Shown: positions 36,801 to 50,635 of the stretch, one piece after another
Layout of the letters: every line of letters starts with the position of its first letter
Position numbering within the stretch: position 1 is the stretch's first letter
Assembly: GCF_947623445.1 (NCBI RefSeq)
Contig: NC_135246.1
Location: 18,900,288-18,964,287 of the forward strand
From: Clavelina lepadiformis
Taxonomy: Eukaryota
Direction of reading: 5' to 3'
DNA length: 64,000 nucleotides
Program-made: the position numbers and the translations under genes
Notes under the pieces: model-generated
Told to the model about the DNA's origin: nothing
Database searches by the model: none
The model's input: the letters and a program-made list of their open reading frames with translations, nothing else

Positions 36801-39800
36801 AGTTGCTGCTTGCTAACACACGTGTATTATTCGATCAACTTAGAAATCAGTGTATGATGTGTCATTAAATAGCACATTGCAACTATTTACATTTTGGTTG
36901 TCATCAGCGCATGATTTCTGGAGTGAGTGAAGAAAGCGGTTACATCGCCAACACAGCTTCATTTCTTGGCAGCTCAGGTTTGATAAATCACATTTTGATG
37001 TCATTATTTCGATATCAACTTGCTCTGTGAGTAAATTACAAATCTGGTATCTTGTGGTATGATTGACAAATATCACTCAATGTTCACTGAACCACCATTC
37101 AATGTGTTGTCTTTTTGTGTAGGAGATTCTGTCGCTGTCGAAATCGCTTGCTGGCAAGACCGCCTTCACCAGAATGAACGATATCGACAGATTCTGGAAA
37201 ATCCTGATATTGTCACATTTGGACAGTGGAGAGTGTAAGAAAGCATTTCTTGTGACATCACAATGCCCTTGTGGTTAAACAAATACAATTTCTCGGTTTA
37301 AATGAGCCTGTTCTTGATCACTCAAAGTTAATAGTAGTTTAAGTAAATGATGTCAGTTTTGAAAACTCCAATGTTTTTTCAGGAAAAAGGAGGGCAATTA
37401 TGCTCCGGAGGAAAAGTACGGGAGGACAGAACGACGATCGATTCGATCTTCCTCTGACAGCGACAGCATCTCCCCACGAAGAAGATTAAAAACGCCTGTT
37501 GATGACACCGCTGACAATCAAGCGAGGATTTCCAACGATCACGCGGAAGTCTTTTCCGAGTTTGACAAAAATCCGACGACTGGAACAGATTTAAGAGAAG
37601 TGGATGGTGAGTGACTTGAAGCTGTGCTATTGACATCAGTGTTGTAATGACTTGAATCATTGATTTGAGTCGAGTCACATTTTTTCATGACTTGACTTGA
37701 GTCAAACACTCTAAATGACTTGACTTAAGTCAGAGTCCGAAATGGCTCAATTCGCCATTGACATGACATAGGGAGATGCAGCATAAAAGGTCTGTGGTTT
37801 ACTCATTGCCAGTTTGGGTTCCTACCTTGAACGTAGCTCTGTGAGAATTCAAAATTTGTTGTAAGAATGCTCGCTAATAATTTTGGGTAAATTTTTCAAT
37901 TTTATTTAAAACTAATACTCAAACTTCCAAGAATATCTGAAAACCTTGGAAGTAGCGACACTGGTTTTTCGTCCCTTCTGCTCAAGTCTTTCTTATGCAT
38001 GCTTGGAACCTACAATATGATTGACATTATTACTTTAATTTCACTTTGAATGTATTTGCAGATAAAACACGCACACCTGAAAATACTTTAGCAGAGGAAA
38101 GCATGATTGACAGAACAGACCAAAGCCTATTGACGGTAAGATCAGACGCTGCCCATTTGTGCTTAGCATCTATATTCATGTCTAACAGTTGCTAGAAGTG
38201 TATATTTTATGGTCAGGACCTCCCCAGCATAGACAGCACTGCGATGATGGTAGATTACCTCACACGGAGCAATATTTCAAGCCCACAGGATGACGAAGGT
38301 ATGAAGCCGCGTCCTCACTTAACCCTGGACTCTGTTTGCTCATCTTGTTGAATTTGCAAACACAACCCTCAACTCAGGCGCTCTTAGCTCATGTATAACC
38401 GTGGGATTATGTCTTGCTTTTGACAGATGCCCTGATGACATCAATGACTGGAACAAGCACTGAGACGTCAAATGCCGTCAACAAGATCTTAAACAAAGGT
38501 CTGTTGTGACGTCTGCTTAAACAAACGGTTTCTTGTGCAGTTGAAATGATATTATATATAGTATATATATATGATACCATTATAACTGCTTACATATTTT
38601 TCCAGGTTTGAACGGGGTGTCTGAACGCTTGGCATCAGAGGTCATATCAAGGTCAAATGTGGGGAGTCCCCGATCGCATTCCAGTCCTCTGCAGAGGAGA
38701 GGTGAAACATGTTGTGTTATTTATGACTCTCGTTGGTCAAGTATACCACTGAAAACACAAAACGCCATATTGCAGTAATACGATGTTACAACTCCTTTCC
38801 ATATATACCGTGTTTCTCCAGAAATAAGACAGGGTTTATATTATTTTTCGCTTAAAAATATGACACTAGGGTTTATTTTAGGGGATGTCTTTTATTCTCA
38901 TTTATTAACAGCAAAGTTGAGAAATATGTTTATTCAAACTTCAAACGCGTAACTTCAGGTCATTGCACTTTCGCGCTATCGACGAGGTCTTATTTTAAAG
39001 GCAGGACTTATATCAAAATCATTCTCTAAATTCAGGCTAGTTCTTATTTTTAGGGTAGGTCTTATTTTTGGAGAAACACGGTAGGCGTCCAGTTTGCGTT
39101 TGCGTGACTGTTTAATGCCAATGCACCTTTGTTGCAAGAACTTCTAACCTTTTTTCTTATCCTCTATTATTTTTGCTTTAAATGTTGTCAGTTATGATAA
39201 TTAATTCAAAACATACATTGCTCTGCTATGCTGGGCAAAATCAGTTGACGGTAAATTTGCCCACAACAAAGCACTCTTCTCTTCCAGCACTGGATGACAT
39301 CAACAAGTTGAGTGAAGCGATTCGTGCGAGCGATGATCTCGCGACGACCATCGATGACGTTTTGAACGAGTACAAAGTCGTTCGTCTTGTCCTTGAAAAA
39401 CTTTACGACACCCTCTCCCAGGATGAAGATAAAATGGCCAAGTAAACTGTAGATTAGATCTTAAACTTGTGTTATTATGTCTTCCGTGATGAAGCTCTTT
39501 CATTTACAAAGCAAACATATGCAAGGCAAATTGATAAAAGCAAACAGTAATGTACTTTTAGTTTTGAAATACTGTGGTGTTTGCGAAATGGTTTTAGCGC
39601 ATGTTCAAAATGCATGCTTTTTAAAATATAATGTTAAACATTATTATTTGATGTTATTGACCTTTAGGATGTCGACGGAAAACGTGAAGTTACGTCAGAA
39701 GAACGACGAACTTACTGATGAGGTGAACAGAATCACACGACTGCTCGTACGTATTAATATTTATTTGTGTTGAAATAATCACGTTTTCATTAAACTAATT

Positions 39801-41399
39801 CATGGAGTTATGACGTCACATAGGAAGTCCAACAAGCTTCACCAATCAAGCGGAAGACGTTCAAGCTGGTGAGTTGTTCTGTCACACGTGTTTTATTTTT
39901 GTAATTATTGACATTGACAAGTCATCGTATTCCTCTGAAATATAAGTCAAATTTTTTTATGATAGTTTCTAGAAACGTTTTGGTTGGCTACTGCTGCCTT
40001 AATCAGCTGGTCTTAAACGTACGCAAAGGGATCTTAAAAATTTCTTTTTTATGAAATTTCATATGTGGAAAAATTTCAAACTGACTTAACATGAAGAGTT
40101 ACTTGACCTTGCAAAACCCTGTGAAATTTCTGTGCTGGTTAATGATCATGTGCGGTTATTTTGAAGCCATACTTCCATTTCATAGTCGTTCTATTTCTCT
40201 TTTAATACTTGCAGACCACCACCAGAAACGCTGAAGCTCAGACTGACCAGAACTGCCAGACCTGGTATAGAACAGAACTCAAGTATGTCGTTTTACTGCT
40301 TTGGTTTCCAGAATAATTCTCTTTTGGTTAATTAAATTCGTTCCTGTTGAGTTTTGGAACTTGCAGTTAATTTTTTTTTAACCCAGAATTAAGTCAGTTT
40401 CTCAACAATAGCATAATTTTCAATTTTTATTAAGTTTTTTTATGACTTGAACTCGCAAGGAACTTTAAATTAATAAAAAAAAACTTTTATAAGTTTTGCG
40501 TTATCGATGCCAATGGTGAGTGAAGCATGCATTGTGTGTTTCAGACAATATCGTAAATCTGTTGATATGAGGCATATATGGTGTAGTCCTGTCGGTAGTT
40601 TAGACTTTTGATGGTAAATTTAATTAAACTGCCGTGAAAGTGCAATCATACGTTGCTTAGCTGCATGTTGACAGTGGCAGCTGTGTAATGCCTTGTTCAG
40701 CTGGACCCCTAAAGTGTTGTGATAAATGACACAACATGGGTAGATTGCGCTTGGTCAATCAAGTCAAAAACATTATGCATTGATATGATTGATTGAAAAT
40801 ACGTTCATGATGGTTACAATGTTACAGCTTAAAAAAACACAGAATGATAAAATGATCATCGTTATTGATCTGAACGTCATAATTACTTTCCATAATACCG
40901 ATTAGCCAACAGGATTTTCCCTGAGTTTATTAATGATGATGCATAATGTAGATATCGTGTGACCTGCTTTGTTGCCATGTGAGGTGTGATTTTAATTGTT
41001 AAAATAGGAAAACTGAGCTAAATAGGTTCATGAATAACATGCATGGTAGTCAAAAATGTAAACAGTGCTAGCTTGTCTACATCTTTTATGTATGTGCAAA
41101 TCGATCTCGCTCTACAACATTTTTTAATGTAAATAATAATTTATAGATGAAAGTTTATTTGATATTTTTCTTAAATCATTTTTGTAGTTCTGTGGGATTG
41201 GATCTCAACGAAGCCAAGTCCGCTGTAAGTGCTTCCTTTTTGATAAATTCTAATTTTTGCTTTTCGTCATTTAATTTTGCTCTTGTGGTTACGTTTTTCT
41301 CTGTTATAGCTTCAAGATCTGAAGATAAACTTTGAAGACAACGTGAAAAAAGCCGAAGATAAACTGGATTCAATGCTGAAAGAAATGAAGCAAACATAA
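33828..41399 (+). CDS. Unidentified 19-exon gene: about 946-aa Ser/Thr/Arg-rich low-complexity protein with C-terminal coiled-coil
   Basis: Exons (+): 33828-33859, 33993-34381, 34496-35169, 35285-35379, 35718-35786, 36320-36698, 36908-36977, 37123-37234, 37383-37606, 38062-38135, 38217-38298, 38427-38498, 38596-38691, 39288-39441, 39668-39746, 39824-39868, 40215-40282, 41188-41224, 41310-41399 (stop TAA). Total 2841 nt, divisible by 3, with phases chaining across all 19 exons through GT donors and good acceptors. The two long ORF-track ORFs 33898..34398 and 34483..35187 are exons 2-3 and 36291..36749 is exon 6. The C-terminal exons 14-19 are heptad-like (ALDDINKLSEAIRASDDLATTIDDVLNEYKVVRLVLEKLYDTLSQDEDKMAK | MSTENVKLRQKNDELTDEVNRITRLL ... 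LQDLKINFEDNVKKAEDKLDSMLKEMKQT*). At 39441 the reading either stops (AAG TAA) or splices (AA|GTAAAC). The splice keeps the frame through 5 further exons, which favours it. No family assigned. Confidence 0.55.
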
Positions 41400-44300
41400 A
41401 AATGCTCTTCACAATCGTGATGTCACAATGTTGTCGCCTTTTGAACAAAGAGATTTATAAATTAAAGTGTGCTTTACAGATAGCTAATTTTTGTAGTTTT
41501 TGTCACAGTTTGTAGATATTAGTCGTCACTCTAGAAAAACAGAATCTATTTATAATACTCGATAAAAAAGATTGATTATTTCTCTTTTTGTGGGGTATAG
41601 TTTTGCACGAGTGAAATTCAGTGTTACCGTAAATTCCATGTAATCCAAAGTGTTATCAGCTTTGCCCATGTTTAATGCCACGCTATTATTTATATCCATT
41701 ACACAGTGAACACATTTAAGCGCAAATTGCCATTTTATGAAATGTTTCATGTATATCTCATTTTCCACTTAACGAATAAACCATAATATTATGATGATAC
41801 ACATGATATCATATTCAGTAGAATATTTTTTTGCTGTAGTACTTCTTAGCTTAGCCATACTGCATTGAAAATGTTTAGCATAATTCAATATTAGCGACCA
41901 CTTGTCTTTCAAAGCTGCTACAAACACTGTGTTTCAGTGGTTTGCAAAAAATATTTATTAAAATATGGTGCAAATACCGTTATAACTTTGTTTAGAAAAA
42001 CTTAAAAATTGTCGTTTAAATCTACTTCATTTTATGATATTCCTACGGCTTGGCATGAAATTTTAGCATCAGCCATATTTTGTGATAACCGAAACTTAAT
42101 GTTGAGCACGTTTTGAAAGTTTTTCGCACGTTTGTCGAATTTGCCGATGTGCTGTCAGAGTTAATCACTAATGCACTGTCGTTACTGCGCAATAAAATGA
42201 AAACGTTTTGAATCATGTGCAACAAGGACTGAAACAAAATATGGTCGCCCAAGTCTGGGTGTTTATTAATCACAGAATAGAGATAGTGTCAAAGAGACCA
42301 AGCGCTGAAGAGAATTGCCAAACGCTGTCTCGTTTCGTTTCTTCTCTTGGAGATTTTACTCCAAACCCTTGTAGTCAGCCATATACTGTATACACCAAAG
42401 TCGCGCCAAGTCGAGAGAATCGAGTTATTCCATTAAAGTTCGTGTGTTGTACAAGTCTGTGCTGGCCTCACCTTTCTAAAAGAATAAGCGTTTATATCAG
42501 CACTTCAAACAGCGGTCAGTATAGAGGCAAAACGATTACTTGGTCGGAAAACTGCGCTATGAGCTAAATGAAAAAAAGTGTAATATCTTTCAAAAAGTGT
42601 CATATCCTTGGATTAGGTAGATTTTGAACTTAGCGTTACAGACACTCAGGACAACTTGTATAAGTAACCTTATCAAGATAAATTGAAATAGCCTGCTGTG
42701 GGCTAGTTACCCAAGCCTAAAGTAAAGCTTTTTGCTGATTATCTTCTAATTTTACTGCAGTTTCATGCCAAGCAACTATAATCAGCTTTTTTATATGAAT
42801 TATTTCATAACAACCGTTTGTCTGAATTTATCTAAATAAGGAGCAGGTGACCTACTTTTGGTGAACTATTCGCTTCCTTTTCTGACCATGTAGCACGTCA
42901 CAAAAAAAACAAACACAAAAGTGGATTATGTTATACTGTAATGATATAATACGGACTTAATGTTTAAAAAGAAAATTAATTTCATAAACACCAAAGTTTC
43001 TGTTTCATTCTTATACAGTTCTATTCCAAAATATCCAATTACAGTAATAAATAAATAAAAATTATAGCTTTACTAACGAATCGTTTGCCGCATTATATGA
43101 TTTCTTTGTAGGGAGTTTCCCAAAGTTGATGTTAAAGGTTCCATTTTTTATAAAAAGATCATTGTATTGGTTAAAGCACGACGCAAATATTTATGTAACA
43201 AACCTTAAAAGTTTTTGCTTCGTACTTCATACATCATACTGCAAGGTATCTACACACAAACATATGCTAAATAAATAAAGGCCAGTCGTCTTAAAAAGAG
43301 CTAGCTTACTGAAGTTTAGACTGCTTGTTAAATTTAACCACTCGACGTCTTTGAAAATGCTGTATGCTTTGGGGTATGTGCATGCACAGAACTTAACAAG
43401 ATGAATCTTGGAAATTAAATTAATGGAAGTTTAAAACATAATTCTTAAATATAATTTAAATAAATTTTACAAAACTTTCTAAAACAATTGATTACGTTGT
43501 CGGTGGATAGGTTTGCATGGGTACCACAAATAAAAAGCTAATTTTACGAATAAAGTACAACAGAATGAAGCTGTTTAATTAAGATCATACTTTTAGGGAT
43601 CATTTCTATAGTATGTTTCTTGAAAACGTCATTCAAGCATGACAAAACCCCAACTACGATGATGAGTTGAAGGGTTTTTTCCTGAGCATGAAGCTTGATC
43701 GGATGTTGCTCTTCGGAGCAATTTCCGGTTCTTGAGGAATGTTCTTTGCTGCGCTTGTCGCTAGCGAGGAGGGAAGGAACTCATTCTGAGTAGTTTCATC
43801 TAAATTTACAAAATTCAACTGTTCTAGTAACCACTGCTTGATGTAAAATGTGGAATGAATAAACTTGCTTTGCTGTAGTGGAAATTTGCAAACGTACAGT
43901 TGTTGGGCAAATGCAATTGAGATGGCGACCGGTTACAGCCGGAAGTTATAAATTTCACTAAATATCTTACTCCGGTACCTCAGTCAAGTTACCTTATTTG
44001 CTACAGTCCTAAACTTCTAATTGATTTACATCTAACGTGAAAACTTTTTTCTTATTTTCAACGCTTAGTAGATATTTTGTTGCCGTCGCCGCTCATTGCC
44101 CGGCCACGATGTTAGTTGCAAGCAAAACTATTTTTGGTCATAAGAATCGGGATGTTTGTTGTCTTTGCAAAAGAACTCGCGCAAGACTTTTAATTTATTG
44201 TGAAAATATGATGAGGAAAGTAACGCATTTCCACAGGACAACGATATACACTAGAAAAAAATTTCTCTTTAAATTCTTGCCAAATGATTTTGAAATTAAG

Positions 44301-44902
44301 CTGCTGCTTGTATTTTTTGGATAAATTATCCTGTTCTATTCTCAACATCCTATTCATGTTCCCAGATCATAAAACGTCCTGACCAATCAAGATTACCCGA
44401 CTCGGTTAAAACAAAATGTTAAAACGAACGCAATACATTTACTTAGCGTATTCACAGAGAAACGTGGCAGTGAAGAGAATTAATCACAACAACAACAACA
44501 ATTCATGAAGTTTGCAGTCACCACCATTCCAGGCAAAACGTCCGCTTGTGATACTGTAACAGACACATGGCAAGCATGACCGCTTAGAAAATCGGGCAAA
44601 TTTTAAAAATATTTCTAATAAAAGGTAAATCATTACCAAGTTCAAAGTAAAGACACAATCAGATAACATCAGCATCGCTGTTGCTTTACCTTCCTTTGTT
44701 GCTGAGATGATATTCAATGGCAGTTACAGTCGCAATATTTAATGAGCAGCAAGGTTTTGCGAGATTCACCAACTTTGGCATCAACTCTTTTATGATTGTG
44801 TTGATACAACACAAACGTGGAATATAATCACATAGAGTTTGTAGGTTGCAGTTAAACATGTACAACAACCTTTGGCAGAATCGACAGCTGAAGACATTCA
44901 AG

Positions 44903-46458
<1,556 letters not shown>

Positions 46459-48180
46459 CTTCCGATCGTCATTTGCTTCACATGTCTTGCATTCACTGGA
46501 ATCTGGAAAAAATTCAAAGTAAGTACGCTACTCGACATTTGGAATAAAAACTGCCAATACAAGCTGTGTTTCAATTGAATTAAAACTACTTACCCATAGC
46601 GACAGAGAATGTGTTTCGACAAATGCACAAAAACCTAAAGCACTACAAGGCACCTTTTTTAAAACATGAGATGATGAGCAAGTAATGAAATAAATGCATA
46701 ATTATGATACCGTAGGTCAAAGCTTCAAAATCTTTAATTCTCGACCAAGGCTAAAGTTGGTTTGTGGCCGTTTATAAGATATGTACGTCACGTTTTATGG
46801 ACAACTGTACCAGGAAACTAATTCACAGGTGGAAACTCTACAATAAAACAGCTTTGTCACAAATTTTATTTAATTTCTACCAGACCGGTTAATTATGTGC
46901 ATAATTGAAGTACGAAGTAATGGTAAATGTCACATGATCAAGCATTTGTAATGTAACAGCAGCAGGTTGCCAATGTCAATCCGCATTGTAATAAAACCCA
47001 AATTAATCGTTGCAAAACACAGAAATTTACACAATTAAAATAGACAGCAACATCTCTTAAGCCTAAAACTTGGTTGCTGCATGGAAGGTTGCGAAACAAT
47101 GCAGTAAACACAGTTGCTGTAAACATAGTAAATGCATAACATTGCAGGGCTGGGAAATTTTGCCAGCAAATAGCTCTTAGCGACTATATATTTTGTTAGC
47201 AATTAGCTGAAAATGTACATGCAGGGGAAAATTTGGAGCAAAATTTTTGGTAATCTATTGAGTCACAGAAATTTGCTGTTCAGTTAATCATTTTAAATCT
47301 TTGCTATCATTTAAATACTTTTTTCCCGATAACTTTTGTGGCCTAGCATGACAAAAGTTGCTAATAGTACTCTTTTCATCACATTTATTTCTAAAAATAA
47401 ATATAGTAGTTTTACCTGTGATTAACAATGTGACATGACAGTTAGCGGCTATGGTAGCAAACGGTTAAAGGAAATCGGCTAAATTCCCAGCCCAATAATA
47501 TTGATACAATTTTGTGCACTAATGTTATAAAATTGAATTACACGACAAAATGTGAATGCAGTACTATAGGCTATAACGTGATGAATAATGTTGTGAAACA
47601 AATTGCAAAAGCTCCAAACTCAATAAACACAAAAAGGATGGTTACATAAAGCACTTTGCATATCACTTGATTCAAGATTAATATCAATTTGTAACATAAT
47701 GCTTGTACTTTGGCCTTAGCGCTACATTCGAAGGAACTTTTTACATCGTACATTTTTGTTGTTAAATTATAATTATCTAGCAATGTCCATTTCACAAAGA
47801 GCAAGAATCTCATTTTTCCAAGAGAAATTAGTTGCCTGATTTAAAAAAATACACCTTGGTAACAAAAAGTGAAACACTTCAGTTATCATGTGATGGATTA
47901 ATACAAGAATTACACAATTAATACTTTTATTTGGTGATTTTTGCGTCTATTCATGGTTGATTTGATATCGAAACAAGTGCAAAATTTGGATATTTTATCA
48001 TTAAAATTAATGAAATTAGATTTACATAAACTTTTATTAAAAGCATACAACTCTTGCATATTGTACAAGCAAAGCATTTATCCACACACAATATTTCTTT
48101 TCTCCTAACATATATATGCTAGATATTGCCCAAATATTTACAATTCAAGTTTGGTGCAATATATTGCAAAAAATCAAGTT

Positions 48181-48891
48181 TCACTTTTTTCGATAACAGT
48201 AAATTGAAGCCAAGAGTGGTTTAGATTTCTTTTCTTCAGAAGCGGATAAATCAACGCAGAAATAAGGAGCTAAGAAAATTTTCACTTTTTCCCATTTATT
48301 TTGTGTCACCAACGCATCTGCCTCGTTGGTTAGTTGCTTAACATAAGCATCTGCTGCCTCGTTGTACCTAGTGGAGTAGACGATCAACCCGCCTGACTTT
48401 GTAACACGAATCAAGTCTTGCAAGGCAGCAGGAATTAAATGGCCTGGCCCGAAACCTCCACAACAAACAATAGCATCATATGAATTGTCATCGAATAAAA
48501 TTGGTTTGTCGATAGAAATAAATTGCTCTTTTAAAATTTGGTACAACCCCTTTTCTTCGGCTATTTTCAGCATGCCTTCACTACCATCGATGCCATCAAT
48601 AGAACCTTTAAAACCATCGTTTCTCAGTCCTTGTGCGACTAGACCAGTTCCGCAAGCAATATCAAGTATCTTGCAATTGTCAAGATCTTTCTTTGTTTCC
48701 TGGAGGAGTTTCAGTGCTTCAGAAGCGAGAACTTGCGGTGTGTCGTATCCCATTCCCACAAAGTCTTCTTCATAACTTTCAGCGAGCTTGCTGTAATTGT
48801 CGACAGTTTTCTCTGAGTTTGTGACGTCGATGTAGGAACCGTAAATTTTGCGATAAAGCCCTGAAAAATCTTTATCTTTTGCAGCAGACAT
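48181..48891 (-). CDS. SAM-dependent methyltransferase, METTL27 (WBSCR27)-like, 236 aa, single exon
   Basis: ORF-track ORF. Motif I reads ILDIACGTGLVAQGLRNDGF..IDGIDGSEGMLKIAEEKGLYQ, matching human METTL27 ILDVACGTGLVAAELRAPGF..LHGVDGSPGMLEQAQAPGLYQ. The later D/A-rich and GG motifs (YDAIVCCGGFGPGHL, KSGGLIVYSTR) are consistent with a class I methyltransferase fold. Confidence 0.8.
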   Translation of the reverse strand: MSAAKDKDFSGLYRKIYGSYIDVTNSEKTVDNYSKLAESYEEDFVGMGYDTPQVLASEALKLLQETKKDLDNCKILDIACGTGLVAQGLRNDGFKGSIDGIDGSEGMLKIAEEKGLYQILKEQFISIDKPILFDDNSYDAIVCCGGFGPGHLIPAALQDLIRVTKSGGLIVYSTRYNEAADAYVKQLTNEADALVTQNKWEKVKIFLAPYFCVDLSASEEKKSKPLLASIYCYRKK

Positions 48892-50099
48892 TTTGATTTA
48901 TATGTTCCAGCAACTTAAACAGGAAAAAACACTAGGCTAATATAAACACAGGACGTTAATAGGCTTATACTAGATTGCTTAATAATTGAATTGGAGTTAA
49001 GTAAGAATCATAACCAACTAGACCAGCTTGAATCACATCAAAGTCTACGTATTGCGCTAATTCTTTTCTATGTAACCCTCTAAATATTGCAACAAAATTA
49101 GGCCTAAGAGCACTGTATACACAAAGAACTGAGGATTCGATGAAAGGCGTTATGCCAAAATTTGTATCGCTACATGCAAGATTCCTCATCAAAAACTGCA
49201 TTATTTTTTAATGCGGCAATCAAATGCAATCCCCCAAAATTGGTAAGTTGTTTGCAAAACAAAAGTGAAACTTCCACCAAAGGCAGAAACGTTTGGGATA
49301 AATCACCAAACAAACAGAAACAGTTGCCAGACCAATACAACTGAGCTTTGGATACCAATGAATACAAACAGAAATGCAATTGTAGACCTAACCATAATTG
49401 AGTAAATCAGGTACCGGTATCTTACTTCATCTACAATAACTAGCCTTCATAACGAGAAAGTAGATTACATAAAACAAGCGAAGGTGCAAAGCAGAGGAAG
49501 CAAACCAATTAAGTAAGCTAGCTTATTAGTTAATGGTTTATGTATGCTGTAAGTAAATATGTATATATAGGTGCCGACAAACAAAAAGGGTAATCTAGAG
49601 CCATGCAGTGTCTTACCGATCTTTGTTTTGAATGATTATAATGTAACTCGCCAGTAACCTAACCTCAACATTCATCGAATAATAAGCGATCATTTTACAG
49701 TAATGCTGTCAGTGAAAACTATTTTGTTATAAAGAACTATAAAAACAGTCGTTTTAAAGAACAATTCTTAAGTAAACAGCAGGAAATATTAATAGTTTAA
49801 GAATCTATATATGAAATAGGCCAGTAGACGCAAGTATACAATCGGCAAGTTAGCGGTAGCCTGTCCCGTCCGCACTTTCGGTACTACTGCAGGAATTACA
49901 CTTCTGGTCTCGTCCTAACTTTGGAACGGTAACAAACTTCACTTTTTGAACAATCAACGTACGAGCAAAAAGCGCAAGCCAAACATTTATTAGACTTTAG
50001 ACCGGTACTTGTACGCTAATAATACTAGCACCAACGAGTATAGGCATCACATAATAATCAGATCAGCTTTAGGCCTATTTGTAACTAAACGAGAATCGA

Positions 50100-50215
50100 A
50101 TTTGGATTATACGCGGGCGCGCGAAGTGAAAATAGCTCAAAACCGGCGGGAAAATACGTAAATAAATACTCAACAACAGCAAATATGGTGGCGCGTAAAG
50201 TCGCATCGCATTCGA
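50100..50215. promoter_or_regulatory. CpG-rich patch with E2F-like motifs (TTTCCCGCC, TTTACGCGCC) in otherwise AT-rich intergenic DNA
   Basis: tacgcgggcgcgcgaagtgaaaatagctcaaaaccggcgggaaaatacg ... atggtggcgcgtaaagtcgcatcgcattcg. The reverse complements give attttcccgccgg and tttacgcgccacc, both close to the E2F consensus TTTSSCGC. It lies about 1.2 kb 5' of the METTL27-like start and about 3.7 kb from the TYMS start. Speculative. Confidence 0.25.
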
Positions 50216-50571
50216 TCACCAAAAAATATGGTGACAATCCTTGTTACAGCATATGAGCTCAATAAAAAGAACAACATGTTGTGTTGCAATCTGTTGACAA
50301 AAAAGTGACCAACAACAAGAGCTAAGTTTTATTATTAAGTTTTCTGATGAACATAGCTTGTGTTGCGTAGGGGTCGTTACCCTACTCACGTTACAAACAG
50401 TTTGTGAAATGTTTCTTCTCAACATTTGTCTTGGAAAATACGATACCGATGATGATACGGCATGATTAATGGATGACTTAAGTTCGTTTTAACAACTCGC
50501 AACGTGCGATTAACTTTGCAGATAGTAGGCCATCAAATCTTTCTGGTTGACAACCAGAACGACAAGCAACC

Positions 50572-50635
50572 TGCGGTGTTCTAGTCATAATAATGACGTG
50601 AGACTCACGTCGTGAGTCGAAGTCGAAGTCGAAAT
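50572..50635. repeat. 17-nt perfect palindrome plus (GTCGAA)3 microrepeat
   Basis: tgacgtgagactcacgtcgtgagtcgaagtcgaagtcgaaatgacc. The palindrome gacgtgag-a-ctcacgtc is immediately followed by three GTCGAA units. Confidence 0.5.

Noticed and set aside
42208-42567. 119-aa ORF MNHVQQGLKQNMVAQVWVF...
   Set aside because: No recognisable motif, no splice context, and it sits in the 3' flank of the Ser-rich gene. Insufficient evidence to call a gene.
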